Shown one piece after another: positions 39,483-49,998 of a DNA stretch of 64,000 bases; within the stretch, counting starts at the first letter, position 1, and every line of letters starts with the position of its first letter. This DNA is from Polyangiales bacterium. Lineage in GTDB: Bacteria > Myxococcota_A > Polyangia > Polyangiales > Polyangiaceae. Location: contig JBBRLQ010000006.1 in NCBI GenBank assembly GCA_038231275.1, forward strand, positions 1-64,000. Reading direction: 5' to 3'. The notes below the pieces were generated by a model. That model was not told the DNA's origin. It made no database searches and saw nothing but the letters and a program-made list of their open reading frames with translations. Made by a program: the position numbers and the translations under genes.

Positions 39483-39878
39483 ATGAAGCGCGTCGTCGCC
39501 TCCGCCGTTTCGGCCATTTCGGTCGCGTTGGTCGCGCTCCTCGCAGGCGCGTGCGATGACGCGGGCGATCCGCGCGGCGCGCAGGTCGTGTCCGCGAGCC
39601 CGCGCTGCGGCCAGTATTCGGCGTGCGGTACGTGCACGCCCGCGCTTGGTTGCGGCTGGTGCATGACGGGCGCAGCCTCCGGCCTTTGTGTCGACGATCC
39701 GGGCGATTGCCCGACCGCGACGACGGTGGGCTGGACGTGGGACCCGGGCGGCTGCCACGCGGGCGGTCGCGACGCGTCGGTCCTCGCGGACGCGAGCATC
39801 GGCGTGGCTGATGCGGGCGCCGACGTAACCGCGACCGACGCGACCCCGCCCGCCGATGCGCGCTCCGACGTCTACTGA
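39483..39878 (+). CDS. Cys-rich lipoprotein with PSI/plexin-like motif
   Basis: Lipobox AGAC; C..YSAC..C....GCGWC.......CV. Confidence 0.7.
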   Translation: MKRVVASAVSAISVALVALLAGACDDAGDPRGAQVVSASPRCGQYSACGTCTPALGCGWCMTGAASGLCVDDPGDCPTATTVGWTWDPGGCHAGGRDASVLADASIGVADAGADVTATDATPPADARSDVY

Positions 39879-39941
39879 CGTTGGACGTTTTCTGCGATCC
39901 GCGTGACGTGTCACGCGTACATGCGCGTGGAGGAGAATGCG

Positions 39942-40376
39942 ATGAAGATGTTGCCTGCGCAGCGGCTGCTGGCGAAGGGAGCCGCGGTGTTGCTCGTGAT
40001 CGGGCTGGCGACGGGGATCTTCGTCTCCGCGGCGATGACCGGCAAGATCGCCGCCGATCCGGGCGCAGCGCTGGCGAGTCACCTGAACGCGCTCATGGGG
40101 TGTTTCTGGATGGCTGCCGTCGGATGGAGCATGCCGATGCTCGGCTACGGCGAACGCGGCCAGATGCGCCTCGCGTGGGTGACGCTCATCCCGAACTACT
40201 CGAACTGGATCGTCACGGTGCTCAAGTCCTTCCTCAAGGTGAAGGGCGTGGACGCGATCGGCGAGGGAAAGAACGATCTCGTCTTCGGCCTGCTCACGCT
40301 CTTCGTCGTGGTGCCGTCGATGATCGCCGCGGTGGCGTGGGTCCTCGGCTTCCATAGGCCGGCGCCGCGCGAGTAG
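39942..40376 (+). CDS. Four-TM membrane protein, StyC-like
   Basis: GLATG in TM1, SHLNALMG in TM2, YSNW in TM3; GGAGGAG RBS. Confidence 0.55.
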   Translation: MKMLPAQRLLAKGAAVLLVIGLATGIFVSAAMTGKIAADPGAALASHLNALMGCFWMAAVGWSMPMLGYGERGQMRLAWVTLIPNYSNWIVTVLKSFLKVKGVDAIGEGKNDLVFGLLTLFVVVPSMIAAVAWVLGFHRPAPRE

Positions 40377-40382
40377 TCGCCG

Positions 40383-41342
40383 TCAGAACGCGATGTCCTT
40401 GCGCGGATCATCGGTCTGGAACTGGCCGAGCTTCTCGACCAGCGACGCCACCTCCGGCGACTCGTTCGTCGGGACGTGGACGACGAGCTCGACGTAGAGA
40501 TCGCCGGGCTCGCGCCCCTTTCGTGCGACACCTTTGCCGCGCACGCGCAGGACGGCGCCGGTCTGCGTCAGCGGCGGAACCTTGAGCGTGACCGCGCCAT
40601 CGGGCGTCGGCACCTTCACCCGCGCGCCGGCGTACGCCTCGACGAGCGTGATGGGGAGCGAGAGGCGCAGATCGTCGCCGTCGCGCTTGAACCACTTATG
40701 CGGCTGCACGTGCAGGACGACGATCATGTCGCCAGGGGGGCCGCCGCCCATCGACTGCGCGCCGTGCCCGGGGATGCGGATGCGGCTCCCCTCCGACGCG
40801 CCGGGGGGAATGCGCACGCCGACCGGCTCGATCGCGCCGTTGAGGCGCAGGTCGAACGTCGCGCCGCGTACTGCGGAGACGAAGTCGATCGACATCTCGC
40901 TCTCGAGATCCGATCCCTTCACGGGCCCGCGCGCCCGTCGGCCGCGGCCGAAGAGGTCCCCGAAAAAGTCACCGCCCGCGCCGCCGGGACCGCCGTTGTA
41001 GAGGTCCTCCATGTTGACCTCGTGGACGCCGCCGCCGCGGACGCCTCCCCCGCGACGGCCGCCCGGGTTCGCGCCCGCCCACTGCTTGTACGCGCGCGCC
41101 TTGTCGGCGTCGAAGCCCTCGCGGAGGCCCTCCTCCCCGAACTCGTCGTAGAGCGTGCGCCTCTTCTCGTTGCCGAGGACGTCGAACGCATGGTTCACGG
41201 TCTTGAAGCGCGACTCGGCCTGCTTGTTCCCCGGATTCTTGTCGGGGTGCAGATCCTTCGCGAGCTTTCGGTACGCCTTCTTCAGCGTCGCCTGGTCGGC
41301 GTCTTTCGGAACGCCGAGCAAAGCGTAGAGGTCGTCGGCCAT
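40383..41342 (-). CDS. DnaJ-class chaperone lacking the Zn finger (CbpA-like)
   Basis: J domain with HPD, Gly-rich region, DnaJ_C; no CxxCxGxG. Confidence 0.9.
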   Translation of the reverse strand: MADDLYALLGVPKDADQATLKKAYRKLAKDLHPDKNPGNKQAESRFKTVNHAFDVLGNEKRRTLYDEFGEEGLREGFDADKARAYKQWAGANPGGRRGGGVRGGGVHEVNMEDLYNGGPGGAGGDFFGDLFGRGRRARGPVKGSDLESEMSIDFVSAVRGATFDLRLNGAIEPVGVRIPPGASEGSRIRIPGHGAQSMGGGPPGDMIVVLHVQPHKWFKRDGDDLRLSLPITLVEAYAGARVKVPTPDGAVTLKVPPLTQTGAVLRVRGKGVARKGREPGDLYVELVVHVPTNESPEVASLVEKLGQFQTDDPRKDIAF

Positions 41343-41403
41343 GGTCGCGGTGAGGAAGGTAAGGCTCGCCCGCCGGTCGCGCAACACCCGGCGCGGGCGT
41401 CGA

Positions 41404-41823
41404 TCAAGGCAGCTCCGGCTCCACCCGCCAGGCCGCGCCTTCGCGCGCGCAGACGACGGTCGCGTGCTCGATCGTTCGATCGCTCCCCACGATGTCCACC
41501 GTGGCGCGGTCGCCGGTCGTGCTCGACGTCATCGTCTTTGGCCGGAATTTCAGCCCGAATCGGCCCTCCGCGAGCATCTCGTACGGCTCGACGCGGCGGC
41601 CCATGCTCCGGCTCGCGCGCTCCGCCCTCTTCTCCAGGTTCGCGCGCGCTTGCGGGCCGAGCAGCTGGAACGCCTCGCGCGACGCGCGCGGATCCTCCGA
41701 CTGCGCCTCCATCTTCTCGAGCCACAGACGCACCACGCCCTCCGGCGTCGCGTCGGGCGCCGGACGCGAGCACGCCGCGACGAGCGCGAGCGTCGCGAAG
41801 AGCGAGGCCGCCCGCGCGCGCAC
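41404..41823 (-). CDS. Hypothetical lipoprotein
   Basis: Lipobox VAAC; TPEGVV...REGAAWRV; between trpS and the DnaJ-class gene. Confidence 0.7.
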   Translation of the reverse strand: MRARAASLFATLALVAACSRPAPDATPEGVVRLWLEKMEAQSEDPRASREAFQLLGPQARANLEKRAERASRSMGRRVEPYEMLAEGRFGLKFRPKTMTSSTTGDRATVDIVGSDRTIEHATVVCAREGAAWRVEPELP

Positions 41824-41825
41824 GG

Positions 41826-42833
41826 TCAGCCGCCCGGGACCGGCGCGCCGCTGCCGAGGCCCATCGCCGCGCGAACCTCGCGCATCGTGCCTTGCGCGAT
41901 CGTGCGCGCCTTGTCCGCGCCGTGCTCGAGCGCTTTGACGATCCCCTCGGGGCTCTGCGCGGCGCGCTTGGTGCGCAGGGGGACTAGCTCGCGCTCGAAG
42001 TTCTCGAACAGGAGCTTCTTGCAGTCCATGCAGCCCCACTTCGCGCCGGTGCAGTTCTCGACGACCTCGGCCTGCTGCGCCTCCGAGCTCACGGCCTTGT
42101 GCATCGTGAAGATGTTGCAGACCTCGGGCCGCCCTGGGTCGCTCTTGCGCGCGCGCTGCGGATCGGTGAACGCGGGGCGCAGCTTGTTCCAAAAGACCTC
42201 GGGGGTGTCGAAGAGCGCGATCGTGTTGTTCTTCGATTTGCTCATTTTGCCCTGACCGTCGAGGCCCAGGATGCGCGGCGTCTTCGAGAGGCGCGGCTGC
42301 GGCTCGGGGAAGATGTCGCCGTGGCGGAAGTTGAAGCGGCGCACCGTCTCACGCGCGAGCTCGAGATGCTGCACCTGGTCCTCGCCGACGGGGACGACCG
42401 TGGCCTTGTAGAGGAGGATGTCGGCGCTCATGAGCACCGGGTAGGTGAAGAGGGCGGTCGAGACCATCTCCTGGCCCGCGCTCTTGTCCTTGAACTGGGT
42501 CATGCGACCGAGGTCGCCCATCGGCGTCGCCGTCGCGAGGTACCACGCGAGCTCGGTGTGCTCGCGCACGTCGCTCTGGACGAAGAGCGTGCATTTTTCC
42601 GGATCGAGGCCGCACGCGACGAGATCCATCGCGAGATCGAGCGTGCGCTTCTTCAAGTCCTTCGCGTCATACTCGACGGTGATCGCGTGCGCGTCGACGA
42701 CGCAGAAGAGTAGATCCTCCTTCTGCTCTTCGACCTGCTGCGCCCACGTGCGGGTCGCGCCGAGCCAGTTGCCGATGTGGAGCTCGCCCGACGGCTGGAT
42801 CCCGGAGAACACGCGCACTTTTTCTTGGCTCAT
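41826..42833 (-). CDS. trpS: Tryptophan--tRNA ligase
   Basis: FSGIQPSG.LHIGN, YPVLMSADIL, VPVGEDQ, KMSKS. Confidence 0.96.
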   Translation of the reverse strand: MSQEKVRVFSGIQPSGELHIGNWLGATRTWAQQVEEQKEDLLFCVVDAHAITVEYDAKDLKKRTLDLAMDLVACGLDPEKCTLFVQSDVREHTELAWYLATATPMGDLGRMTQFKDKSAGQEMVSTALFTYPVLMSADILLYKATVVPVGEDQVQHLELARETVRRFNFRHGDIFPEPQPRLSKTPRILGLDGQGKMSKSKNNTIALFDTPEVFWNKLRPAFTDPQRARKSDPGRPEVCNIFTMHKAVSSEAQQAEVVENCTGAKWGCMDCKKLLFENFERELVPLRTKRAAQSPEGIVKALEHGADKARTIAQGTMREVRAAMGLGSGAPVPGG

Positions 42834-42896
42834 CCTGGCCCGGGATTTAGCGCGAAACTTGGCGTTCCGCGAGGGCGTCCCGTTACGATCCCGGGC

Positions 42897-43937
42897 GTGA
42901 AGTCACGCGTGACCCTGTCGTGGCCCCAGAGACCCGAGGATTTCGCCCCTCCCGGCCCCGACGGGCTCGCCAAAGCCGCGGCGCTCCAGCGCGTGCCGGC
43001 GACCGGCGGGAGCGAGCTCGTCTTCGGCGACAACCTGGCGGCGATGCGGATGCTCGGCCGCGAGTGCCCGGGCACCTTCGCCCTCGCCTACCTGGATCCG
43101 CCGTTCTTGACCGGACGCGTGCACGAAGCGATCGACCGAAAGGGGACCGCGAAGGGCCCGGCGCGCGGGCGGCGCGAGGCGTTCGACGATCGTTGGCGCG
43201 ATCGCGCGGAGTACTTGGAGGCGCTGGGCTCTCGCCTGGTGTGCGTGCGTGAGCTGCTCGCGCCGCATGGCTCGATCGTGGTGCACGTCGACCCGAAGAC
43301 GAGCCACTACGTCAAGGTGATGTGCGACGAGATCTTCGGCGAGGAGTGCTTCGCGAGCGAGATCGTCTGGCGCTACCGGCGGTGGCCGAGCAAGACGCCG
43401 AATTTCCAGCGCGTCCACGACGTGCTCCTCCGATACCGCAAAGACGCCGGCAGCCCGCCGCGGTGGAATCAGCTCTACGAGCCGCTCGCGGCGTCGACGC
43501 TCGCGACGTGGGGAACGAAGAAGCAGCGCGCGGTGGTCGGCGCCGACGGAAGGCGCGAGCGATCGTCGACGTTGTCCGTCGCGTCCGAGGGCACGCCGAT
43601 GGGAGACGTTTGGGACATCGGCGTCATCGCGCCGGTCTCGCGCGAGAGGACGGGTTATCCGTCGCAGAAGCCGGAGGCGCTCCTGGATCGCTTGATCCGC
43701 GCGCTCACGCAGCCGGGCGATCGCGTCCTCGACCCGTACGCCGGCAGCGGGACTACGCTCGTGGTCGCGGCCCGACTCGGCCGCAGCTTCGTCGGGATCG
43801 ATCGGAGCGACGTCGCGCGCGAGACGATCGAGAGCCGCCTCGCGCAGGCCGGCGTGACCCTCGCGGCGGGGCTCGGCGACGGCGACGAGAGCCCCCGGAC
43901 GGCCGCCGGGCGGTGTATAGGTGGGGGCCGCAGATGA
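42897..43937 (+). CDS. Orphan N6/N4 DNA methyltransferase (beta class)
   Basis: [30 protein letters not shown]. Confidence 0.9.
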   Translation: MKSRVTLSWPQRPEDFAPPGPDGLAKAAALQRVPATGGSELVFGDNLAAMRMLGRECPGTFALAYLDPPFLTGRVHEAIDRKGTAKGPARGRREAFDDRWRDRAEYLEALGSRLVCVRELLAPHGSIVVHVDPKTSHYVKVMCDEIFGEECFASEIVWRYRRWPSKTPNFQRVHDVLLRYRKDAGSPPRWNQLYEPLAASTLATWGTKKQRAVVGADGRRERSSTLSVASEGTPMGDVWDIGVIAPVSRERTGYPSQKPEALLDRLIRALTQPGDRVLDPYAGSGTTLVVAARLGRSFVGIDRSDVARETIESRLAQAGVTLAAGLGDGDESPRTAAGRCIGGGRR

Positions 43938-45529
43938 CCCCCATGCCCAAGCATCTCATGGCCGCCGTGGCCTTGCTGGCCATCGGCGCCGGGATCCTCT
44001 TCGTCGCCCCCGCCCAGACGTACGCGATCCTCGTGGCCATCGCCGGCGCGGTCGCCATCCTCTATGCGGGAGCAGGTGGCGGCGCGGCGCTCGGCAGCGT
44101 CTCGGAGGCGGTGCGCAAGGCGGCAGGCGGTGAGCGACCGACCGCGCCTCCTGGCACGACGGGAGATCTCGCGCGTGTCTACGAAGAGCTCGCCGCGCTC
44201 GCCGATCGCCGCGCGAAAGAGGCGAGCGACCAGGCCAAGAAGACCCGCGAGCTCGACGACGCCGAGCACACCCTCGAGGACGTCGCGCGCAAGCTCTCCG
44301 ACGGCGTGACCTTGCAGATCGCCGCCAGCGACGAGGCCACGAAGCTCATTCGCGGCATGACGACGCAGATCACCGAGATCGCCCAGCACGTGGAGGCGCT
44401 CACGCAGAGCGCCGAGGAGTCGAGCTCGTCGATCCTCGAGATGACCGCGACGAACGACGAGGTGGCCGAGAACGTCGGCGAGCTCGCCGGCAGCGTCCGC
44501 GAGACCGTGAGCTCCATCGAAGAGATGGCGTACTCGATCAAAGAGGTCGCCAAGAACGTCGACGCGCTCTCGCTCACCGCCGAGGAGACGAGCTCGTCGA
44601 TGAACGAGATGGACGTCTCGATCGATCAAGTCCAATCGAACGCCAACGAGACGGCGCGCCTGTCCGAAGAGGTCGCCCTCGACGCCGAAAAGGGCGCAGA
44701 AGCGATCCTGAAGACGATCAGCGAGATCTACCGCATCAAAGAGTCGAGCCAGGAGGCCGTCGCGGTCATCTCGAACCTCGGCTCGCGCATCGAGGCGATC
44801 GGCCAGATCGTCAACGTCATCGACGACGTCGCCGAGCAGACGAACCTCCTCGCGCTCAACGCCGCCATCATCGCCGCGCAGGCCGGCGAGCAAGGCAAGG
44901 GCTTCGCGGTCGTCGCCGACGAAATCAAGGATCTCGCCGAGCGCGCCGGCACGAGCACGCGCGAGATCACCGATCTCATCAAGACGGTGCAGTTCGAGAG
45001 CAAGAACGCCATCAGCGCCGTCGAGCGCGGCGCTCACAACGTCGATCGCGGCGTCGAGGTCTCCAACGAGGCGGAGCGCGCGCTCAAGAAGATCCTCGAG
45101 AGCTCTCAGAAGTCTACGAACATGGTCCGCGCCATCGCGCGCGCGACGGTCGAGCAGGCGAAGGGGAGCAAGCAGGTCACCGACGCGATCGGGCGCATCG
45201 CCGAGACGGTGCAGCAGATCGCCGCGGCCACCGCGCAGCAAGCGCGCGGCTCCGAGCTCATCATGAAGAGCGCCGAGAAGATGCGCCTCATCACGCAGCA
45301 CGTGGAGCGCTCGAGCCAGGAGCAGGCGCGCGGCGGTCGTCAGATCACCGGCGCGATCGAGAACATCTCGAGCATGGTGAACCAGCTGAACGCCTCGCAG
45401 CGGACGCAAGCCCGGGGCGGCGAGCAGCTCGCTACGGCCGCGTCGCGCTTCGAAGAGAGCGCGCGGACCCAGGAAGCGTCGATCCGGCTGCTCCAGGGGG
45501 CCTTCGAGCGTCTGAAGCGCAGCCTCTGA
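43934..45529 (+). CDS. Methyl-accepting chemotaxis protein, two TMs with no periplasmic sensor
   Basis: [36 protein letters not shown] methylation pairs; ATGA overlap with the MTase gene. Confidence 0.93.
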   Translation: MTPMPKHLMAAVALLAIGAGILFVAPAQTYAILVAIAGAVAILYAGAGGGAALGSVSEAVRKAAGGERPTAPPGTTGDLARVYEELAALADRRAKEASDQAKKTRELDDAEHTLEDVARKLSDGVTLQIAASDEATKLIRGMTTQITEIAQHVEALTQSAEESSSSILEMTATNDEVAENVGELAGSVRETVSSIEEMAYSIKEVAKNVDALSLTAEETSSSMNEMDVSIDQVQSNANETARLSEEVALDAEKGAEAILKTISEIYRIKESSQEAVAVISNLGSRIEAIGQIVNVIDDVAEQTNLLALNAAIIAAQAGEQGKGFAVVADEIKDLAERAGTSTREITDLIKTVQFESKNAISAVERGAHNVDRGVEVSNEAERALKKILESSQKSTNMVRAIARATVEQAKGSKQVTDAIGRIAETVQQIAAATAQQARGSELIMKSAEKMRLITQHVERSSQEQARGGRQITGAIENISSMVNQLNASQRTQARGGEQLATAASRFEESARTQEASIRLLQGAFERLKRSL

Positions 45530-45617
45530 TTCGGCGCCGCCGTGTGCGGCGGAGTCCGTGAATGTCGTTCCGCGCAGCCGAAGGTCGCCGTAGGGTTGGG
45601 CGCCGCTGAGCGGTAAG

Positions 45618-47390
45618 ATGAAAAGCGGTATGACCGACGACGCGCCTCCCAGCTCCGTCCCGTCACCGACCCCTGGTCGGCGCCTCGGGAGGTACTGGCT
45701 GATGGCCAAGCTTGGCCACGGTGGGATGGCCGACGTGTACCTCGCCACCGCGCGCGGCCCCTCGGGGTTCAACAAGCTCACCGTCCTCAAGGTGCTTCGA
45801 CCGCACCTCGCCGGCGATCCGCATTTCTTGACGATGTTCCTCGACGAAGCGCGCCTCGCTGCGCGCCTCAATCACCCCAACGTGGTGCAGACCAACGAGG
45901 TCGGCAATACCGACGACGCGCACTACCTCGCCATGGAGTACCTGGAGGGGCAGCCGCTCTTCCGCATCAGCGCGAAGCTGCGCGCGGCCAAGCGAATCGA
46001 GCTCCCGCACAACCTCCGCATCTTGTGCGACGCGCTCGCCGCCCTGCACTACGCCCACGAGCTGTCCGACTACGACGGCACCGCGCTGTCGGTCGTCCAC
46101 CGCGACGTGAGCCCCCACAACTTGTTCGTGACCTACGCCGGGCAGGTAAAGCTGCTCGATTTCGGCATCGCGAAGGCGCTCACCTCGGTCGCCGAGACGA
46201 GCCCCGGCGTGCTCAAGGGCAAGGTCACGTACATGGCGCCGGAGCAGGCGTGGGGCGAGCAAGTGGACCGGCGCGCCGACGTCTTCGCAGTCGGCATCAT
46301 GCTCTGGGAGGCGCTCACCGGGAGAAGGCTCTGGCTGGAGTCCGAAGGCAACGTGCTCCAGCGCCTCGTGAACGGCAAGATCCCGTCGCCGACCACCGTC
46401 GCGCCCTGGGTGCTTGAGCGGCTCGAGCAGATCACGATGAAGGCGCTCGCGCTCGACAAAGAGGACCGCTACCCGACGGCCGCCGCGTTTCGCGCGGATC
46501 TCCTCGACGCGCTCGAAGAGCTCGGGCGCCCGGACGAGGATGCCCTCTCTCGTCTCGTGGTCGATCTCTTCGCGTCCGATCGCAAGGCGATCCGCGCCGT
46601 CATCGACGAGCAGCTCCGGCGCGTGGATCAAGAAGATCCGAACGGGGCGATCGCGTCGCTGCCGAGCCTCGATCAGGTCGGGGGCTCGGCGAGCGGGGCG
46701 AGCGCGGGAAGCGCCGGCAGCGCGGGGAGCGGCGTCAATGCGTCGAGCGGCCCGGCCGAGCCCACGCGATCGACGAAAATCGAGTCGCGTTCGGTCACGC
46801 TCTCCGCGCGTCAACGCGCCCCTTCCTCCGCCCGCAGCCGGCAGCTGATGGGCGTCGTGATCCTCGGCGGAGTCGTCGCGGTCGGCGTGACCTTCGCGGC
46901 GATGCGACGCTCGCCGACCGAGCCTATCGGGCCGGCGACGATGACGGTCGAGGCCGCGCCGCCCCCACCGAGCAAGGTGCAGATCCAGATCGTGGCGTCG
47001 CCACCGGAGGCGCGGATTTTCCTCGACGGCAAGCCGCTGCCCTCGAACCCGTACGCGGGGAGCGAGCTCTCCGACAGCGCCGAGCACGAGCTGCGCGCCG
47101 AGGCGGACGGGTACGCCGCGACGACACGACGCGTGACCTTCGACGCCGACGTGAGCGCCGTGCTGCGCCTCGACAAGATGGCCGCGCCCGACGCGGGGGC
47201 GGCGACGAACGTGGTCGCGCGCGGCGCTCCCTTGGCGCCGGCGGGCGGACGTCGTCCACCGAACGGCGCGCCGTCCGGTTCGCCGAACACGTCGCCCACG
47301 GGCAGCGGCGCGCCTTCGGGGGGAGCGACCGGCGCACCGACGGCCTCCGCGCCGGGTGGCCTCGACTGGAAGGATCCGTGGCAAAAGTGA
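45618..47390 (+). CDS. Membrane Ser/Thr kinase with extracytoplasmic PEGA domain
   Basis: LGHGGMA, HRDVSPHN, DFG, YMAPEQ; TM GVVILGGVVAVGVTF; SPPEARIFLDG. Confidence 0.92.
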   Translation: MKSGMTDDAPPSSVPSPTPGRRLGRYWLMAKLGHGGMADVYLATARGPSGFNKLTVLKVLRPHLAGDPHFLTMFLDEARLAARLNHPNVVQTNEVGNTDDAHYLAMEYLEGQPLFRISAKLRAAKRIELPHNLRILCDALAALHYAHELSDYDGTALSVVHRDVSPHNLFVTYAGQVKLLDFGIAKALTSVAETSPGVLKGKVTYMAPEQAWGEQVDRRADVFAVGIMLWEALTGRRLWLESEGNVLQRLVNGKIPSPTTVAPWVLERLEQITMKALALDKEDRYPTAAAFRADLLDALEELGRPDEDALSRLVVDLFASDRKAIRAVIDEQLRRVDQEDPNGAIASLPSLDQVGGSASGASAGSAGSAGSGVNASSGPAEPTRSTKIESRSVTLSARQRAPSSARSRQLMGVVILGGVVAVGVTFAAMRRSPTEPIGPATMTVEAAPPPPSKVQIQIVASPPEARIFLDGKPLPSNPYAGSELSDSAEHELRAEADGYAATTRRVTFDADVSAVLRLDKMAAPDAGAATNVVARGAPLAPAGGRRPPNGAPSGSPNTSPTGSGAPSGGATGAPTASAPGGLDWKDPWQK

Positions 47391-48406
47391 GGCGGCGCTA
47401 CGCCGCGCCCTTGCTACGCCTGGCGGCGGTCCTCTCCATCGCCGTCGCGGCGGCAACGGCCAGCGCCGCAGACGGCGATGCGAAGCCCGCGGCCGAGGGC
47501 GACGCCGCCGATCCCGCTGTCGCGAAGGCGCGCGAGCACTTCGCGCGCGCGCAGCAGCTCTACGACGAAGGGCACTTCGAGGCGTCGCTCCTCGAGCTCC
47601 AGCGCGCGTACGAGGTGAAGCCGAGCTGGCGCCTCCTCTTCAACCTCGCCGAGCTTCGCTTCACCGTGCACGACTATGTCGGCAGCTTGAGGACGTTCGA
47701 GCGCTTCCTCGCAGAAGGCGGCGCCGAGGTCGACGCCCCGAAGCGCGCGGCCTCGGAGAGCAAGCTCGGCACGCTCCGGAGCCTCGTCGGATCGGTGAAG
47801 ATCGCGACGAACGTGGCGGGCGCCGTCGTCTACGTGGACGACGAGCCGATCGGAAAGAGCCCCCTCCCGCCGACGATGGTGAGCGCTGGGCGCCACAAAA
47901 TCGCCGCCACGCACGACGGGTATCGCCCGACGACGAGCGCGGTCGCCGTGCTCGGGAGCGAGGAGACGAAGGCGGAGCTCACGCTCGTCGCCGAGACCTC
48001 GGACCGCCCGGGCGGCGCGCAAGACACGCCGTCGAAATGGACCGTCCTCTCGTGGGTCGGCGTCGGCGCCGCCACCGCCCTCGCGGTCGGTTCGGTCGTG
48101 ATGTTCGCCGCGGCCTCCAGCGCGAGCACCGAGCTCACGCAGATCACGTTCGTCGGCGCGACGCCGTCCGCCGAATACCAGAGCAAGGAGAGCGAGATCA
48201 CGCGCGACCGCTGGATCGGCGTCTCGCTCGCCGCAGCCAGCGCGATCACGCTCGGCGCCACCCTCTACCTCACGCTGACGCGAACGCCTGCGCCGCGCGC
48301 GGCCGCGCCTTCGCCACCGGCCACGCCTTCGTCCGCCACCTCGATCCCCTCGCTCGCTTTCGCCTTGAGTCCTCGCGGTCTTTTTCTCGATGGGAGGTTT
48401 CCGTGA
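47378..48406 (+). CDS. Exported TPR + PEGA domain protein
   Basis: Signal peptide; AREHFARAQQLY TPR; AVVYVDDEPIG PEGA; C-terminal Gly-rich hairpin and terminal strand. Confidence 0.85.
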   Translation: MAKVRRRYAAPLLRLAAVLSIAVAAATASAADGDAKPAAEGDAADPAVAKAREHFARAQQLYDEGHFEASLLELQRAYEVKPSWRLLFNLAELRFTVHDYVGSLRTFERFLAEGGAEVDAPKRAASESKLGTLRSLVGSVKIATNVAGAVVYVDDEPIGKSPLPPTMVSAGRHKIAATHDGYRPTTSAVAVLGSEETKAELTLVAETSDRPGGAQDTPSKWTVLSWVGVGAATALAVGSVVMFAAASSASTELTQITFVGATPSAEYQSKESEITRDRWIGVSLAAASAITLGATLYLTLTRTPAPRAAAPSPPATPSSATSIPSLAFALSPRGLFLDGRFP

Positions 48407-49941
48407 AATCTGGAACGATGCTCCGCGCCCTCTCGACCACGTTGATCGCGCTGCCGCTGGCCGTCGCATGCTCCTCTTCGGGCGGCGCGAAGCTCGGCAT
48501 CGGCAGCGCGTGCACCTCCAACGACCAGTGCACGAACACCTCGTGCAGCGACGGCGTGTGCACGAAGGCCTGCTCGACCGACCTCGACTGCCCCGCCCCG
48601 TCGTTCTGCGCGAAGGGCCTGTGCCAAGTGCCGCTCGTCGTCGGCGCGATGTACAGCGGCTCGGCGTCGGAGACCGAGGGGTGGACGTTCACCAACCACA
48701 AGAGCCTCCTCGACGCGAAGGACGCTCTTCCGTACATGAAATTCCTGCCGCCGAAGGAGCAGGTCTTCGGCGGGAATCAGCCGCCGCTCATCGCGCCCGC
48801 GGTCACCGATCTCATCGACAACCAGCACGCGAACGTCATCGTCGCGACGTCGAGCGATCAGGGCAAGGAGCTCGAGGCGATCGCGCCGAACTACCCGAAC
48901 GTGAAGTTCGTCTACTACAAGGAGCCGGGGTCCAACTACTTCCCGAAGGACGTGAAGACCAACAACATGTCGATGTACACGACGAGCATGGAGCCCGTCT
49001 GGTACGTCGCCGGCAAGGTCGCCATCCAGAGGACGCACGCCAAGCGCCTCGGGTTCATCGGCGCGTACATCGGGCCGTCGGTCATCAACGTCATCAATGC
49101 CATCACCCTCGGCGCGCGCAGCGAGGATCCGTCGGTCGTCGTCGAGGTTCGCTGGGTCGGGTTCTGGATCGATCTCAACAGCACCGCGCAGTTCCCGTAC
49201 CGCGGCAGCAGCTACTTCCGCGAAGATCTCCTCGCGCAGCAGCTCGCCGAGGGGGGCGCGGAGGTCATCATCCAGAACGGCGACTCCAACCGCCCGATCC
49301 GGCTCATCGACGCGCGCAAGCTGCTGACGGGCATCGACACGACGCCGGCGGCGCAGCGCAAGCCGATCTACACGATCAGCACGAACTACCGGTACTCGTG
49401 GAAGGACCTGCAGTCGAACAGCCCCTTTTCGACATGCCTAGGCTCGGCGTACTTCAACTTCACGCCGTACCTCACCAGCCAGATCGATCAGATTCACAAG
49501 GGGACGTGGACGCCCACCGACTTCCGCGGATTCATCGAAGAGAACACCGACACGAGCATGAACGCGTTCGAGCCCAATACGAGCGCCGGCATCGACGACG
49601 CCAACGTGCGCAAGGTCGAGTTCAGCTTGAAGGGCGAGGGCGGCTTCGAGACGACGTTCAAGGGCCCGTACGCGGCCACGGGGCAAATGGACCTGAACGA
49701 CGACGGCGTGTACGACGCCGACCAGAGCGTGAAAGACGGGCAGATCCTGTCGCTCGCGCAGATCCAGCACACGTGCTGGTTCGTGAAGGGCGTCGTCGAA
49801 AAATCGGTGAACGACGACACCGAAGCGTCGCCGCAGAGCCCCGACCAGGACGCGTTCGTCCCCGATGACAAGCACCCGGCGCTGAACAAGAGCATTCCGG
49901 TGCCGCCCGGCTCCACGCTCAACTGCCGAAAGAATTTCTGA
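48403..49941 (+). CDS. BMP-family substrate-binding lipoprotein with N-terminal Cys-rich domain
   Basis: Lipobox AVAC; about 8-Cys module; EGWTF, YPNVKF, LGFIGA, INAITLGA, WVGFW. Confidence 0.75.
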   Translation: MKSGTMLRALSTTLIALPLAVACSSSGGAKLGIGSACTSNDQCTNTSCSDGVCTKACSTDLDCPAPSFCAKGLCQVPLVVGAMYSGSASETEGWTFTNHKSLLDAKDALPYMKFLPPKEQVFGGNQPPLIAPAVTDLIDNQHANVIVATSSDQGKELEAIAPNYPNVKFVYYKEPGSNYFPKDVKTNNMSMYTTSMEPVWYVAGKVAIQRTHAKRLGFIGAYIGPSVINVINAITLGARSEDPSVVVEVRWVGFWIDLNSTAQFPYRGSSYFREDLLAQQLAEGGAEVIIQNGDSNRPIRLIDARKLLTGIDTTPAAQRKPIYTISTNYRYSWKDLQSNSPFSTCLGSAYFNFTPYLTSQIDQIHKGTWTPTDFRGFIEENTDTSMNAFEPNTSAGIDDANVRKVEFSLKGEGGFETTFKGPYAATGQMDLNDDGVYDADQSVKDGQILSLAQIQHTCWFVKGVVEKSVNDDTEASPQSPDQDAFVPDDKHPALNKSIPVPPGSTLNCRKNF

Positions 49942-49998
49942 GCGGCGAGTTTTTTTTCCCACGAATGAAGAATCGGGAGGGTCGCGGGTAGTAGTGGC

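Noticed and set aside
42897..43937. Restriction-modification or defence island
   Set aside because: No nuclease, helicase or other defence gene is adjacent; the flanks are trpS and an MCP.
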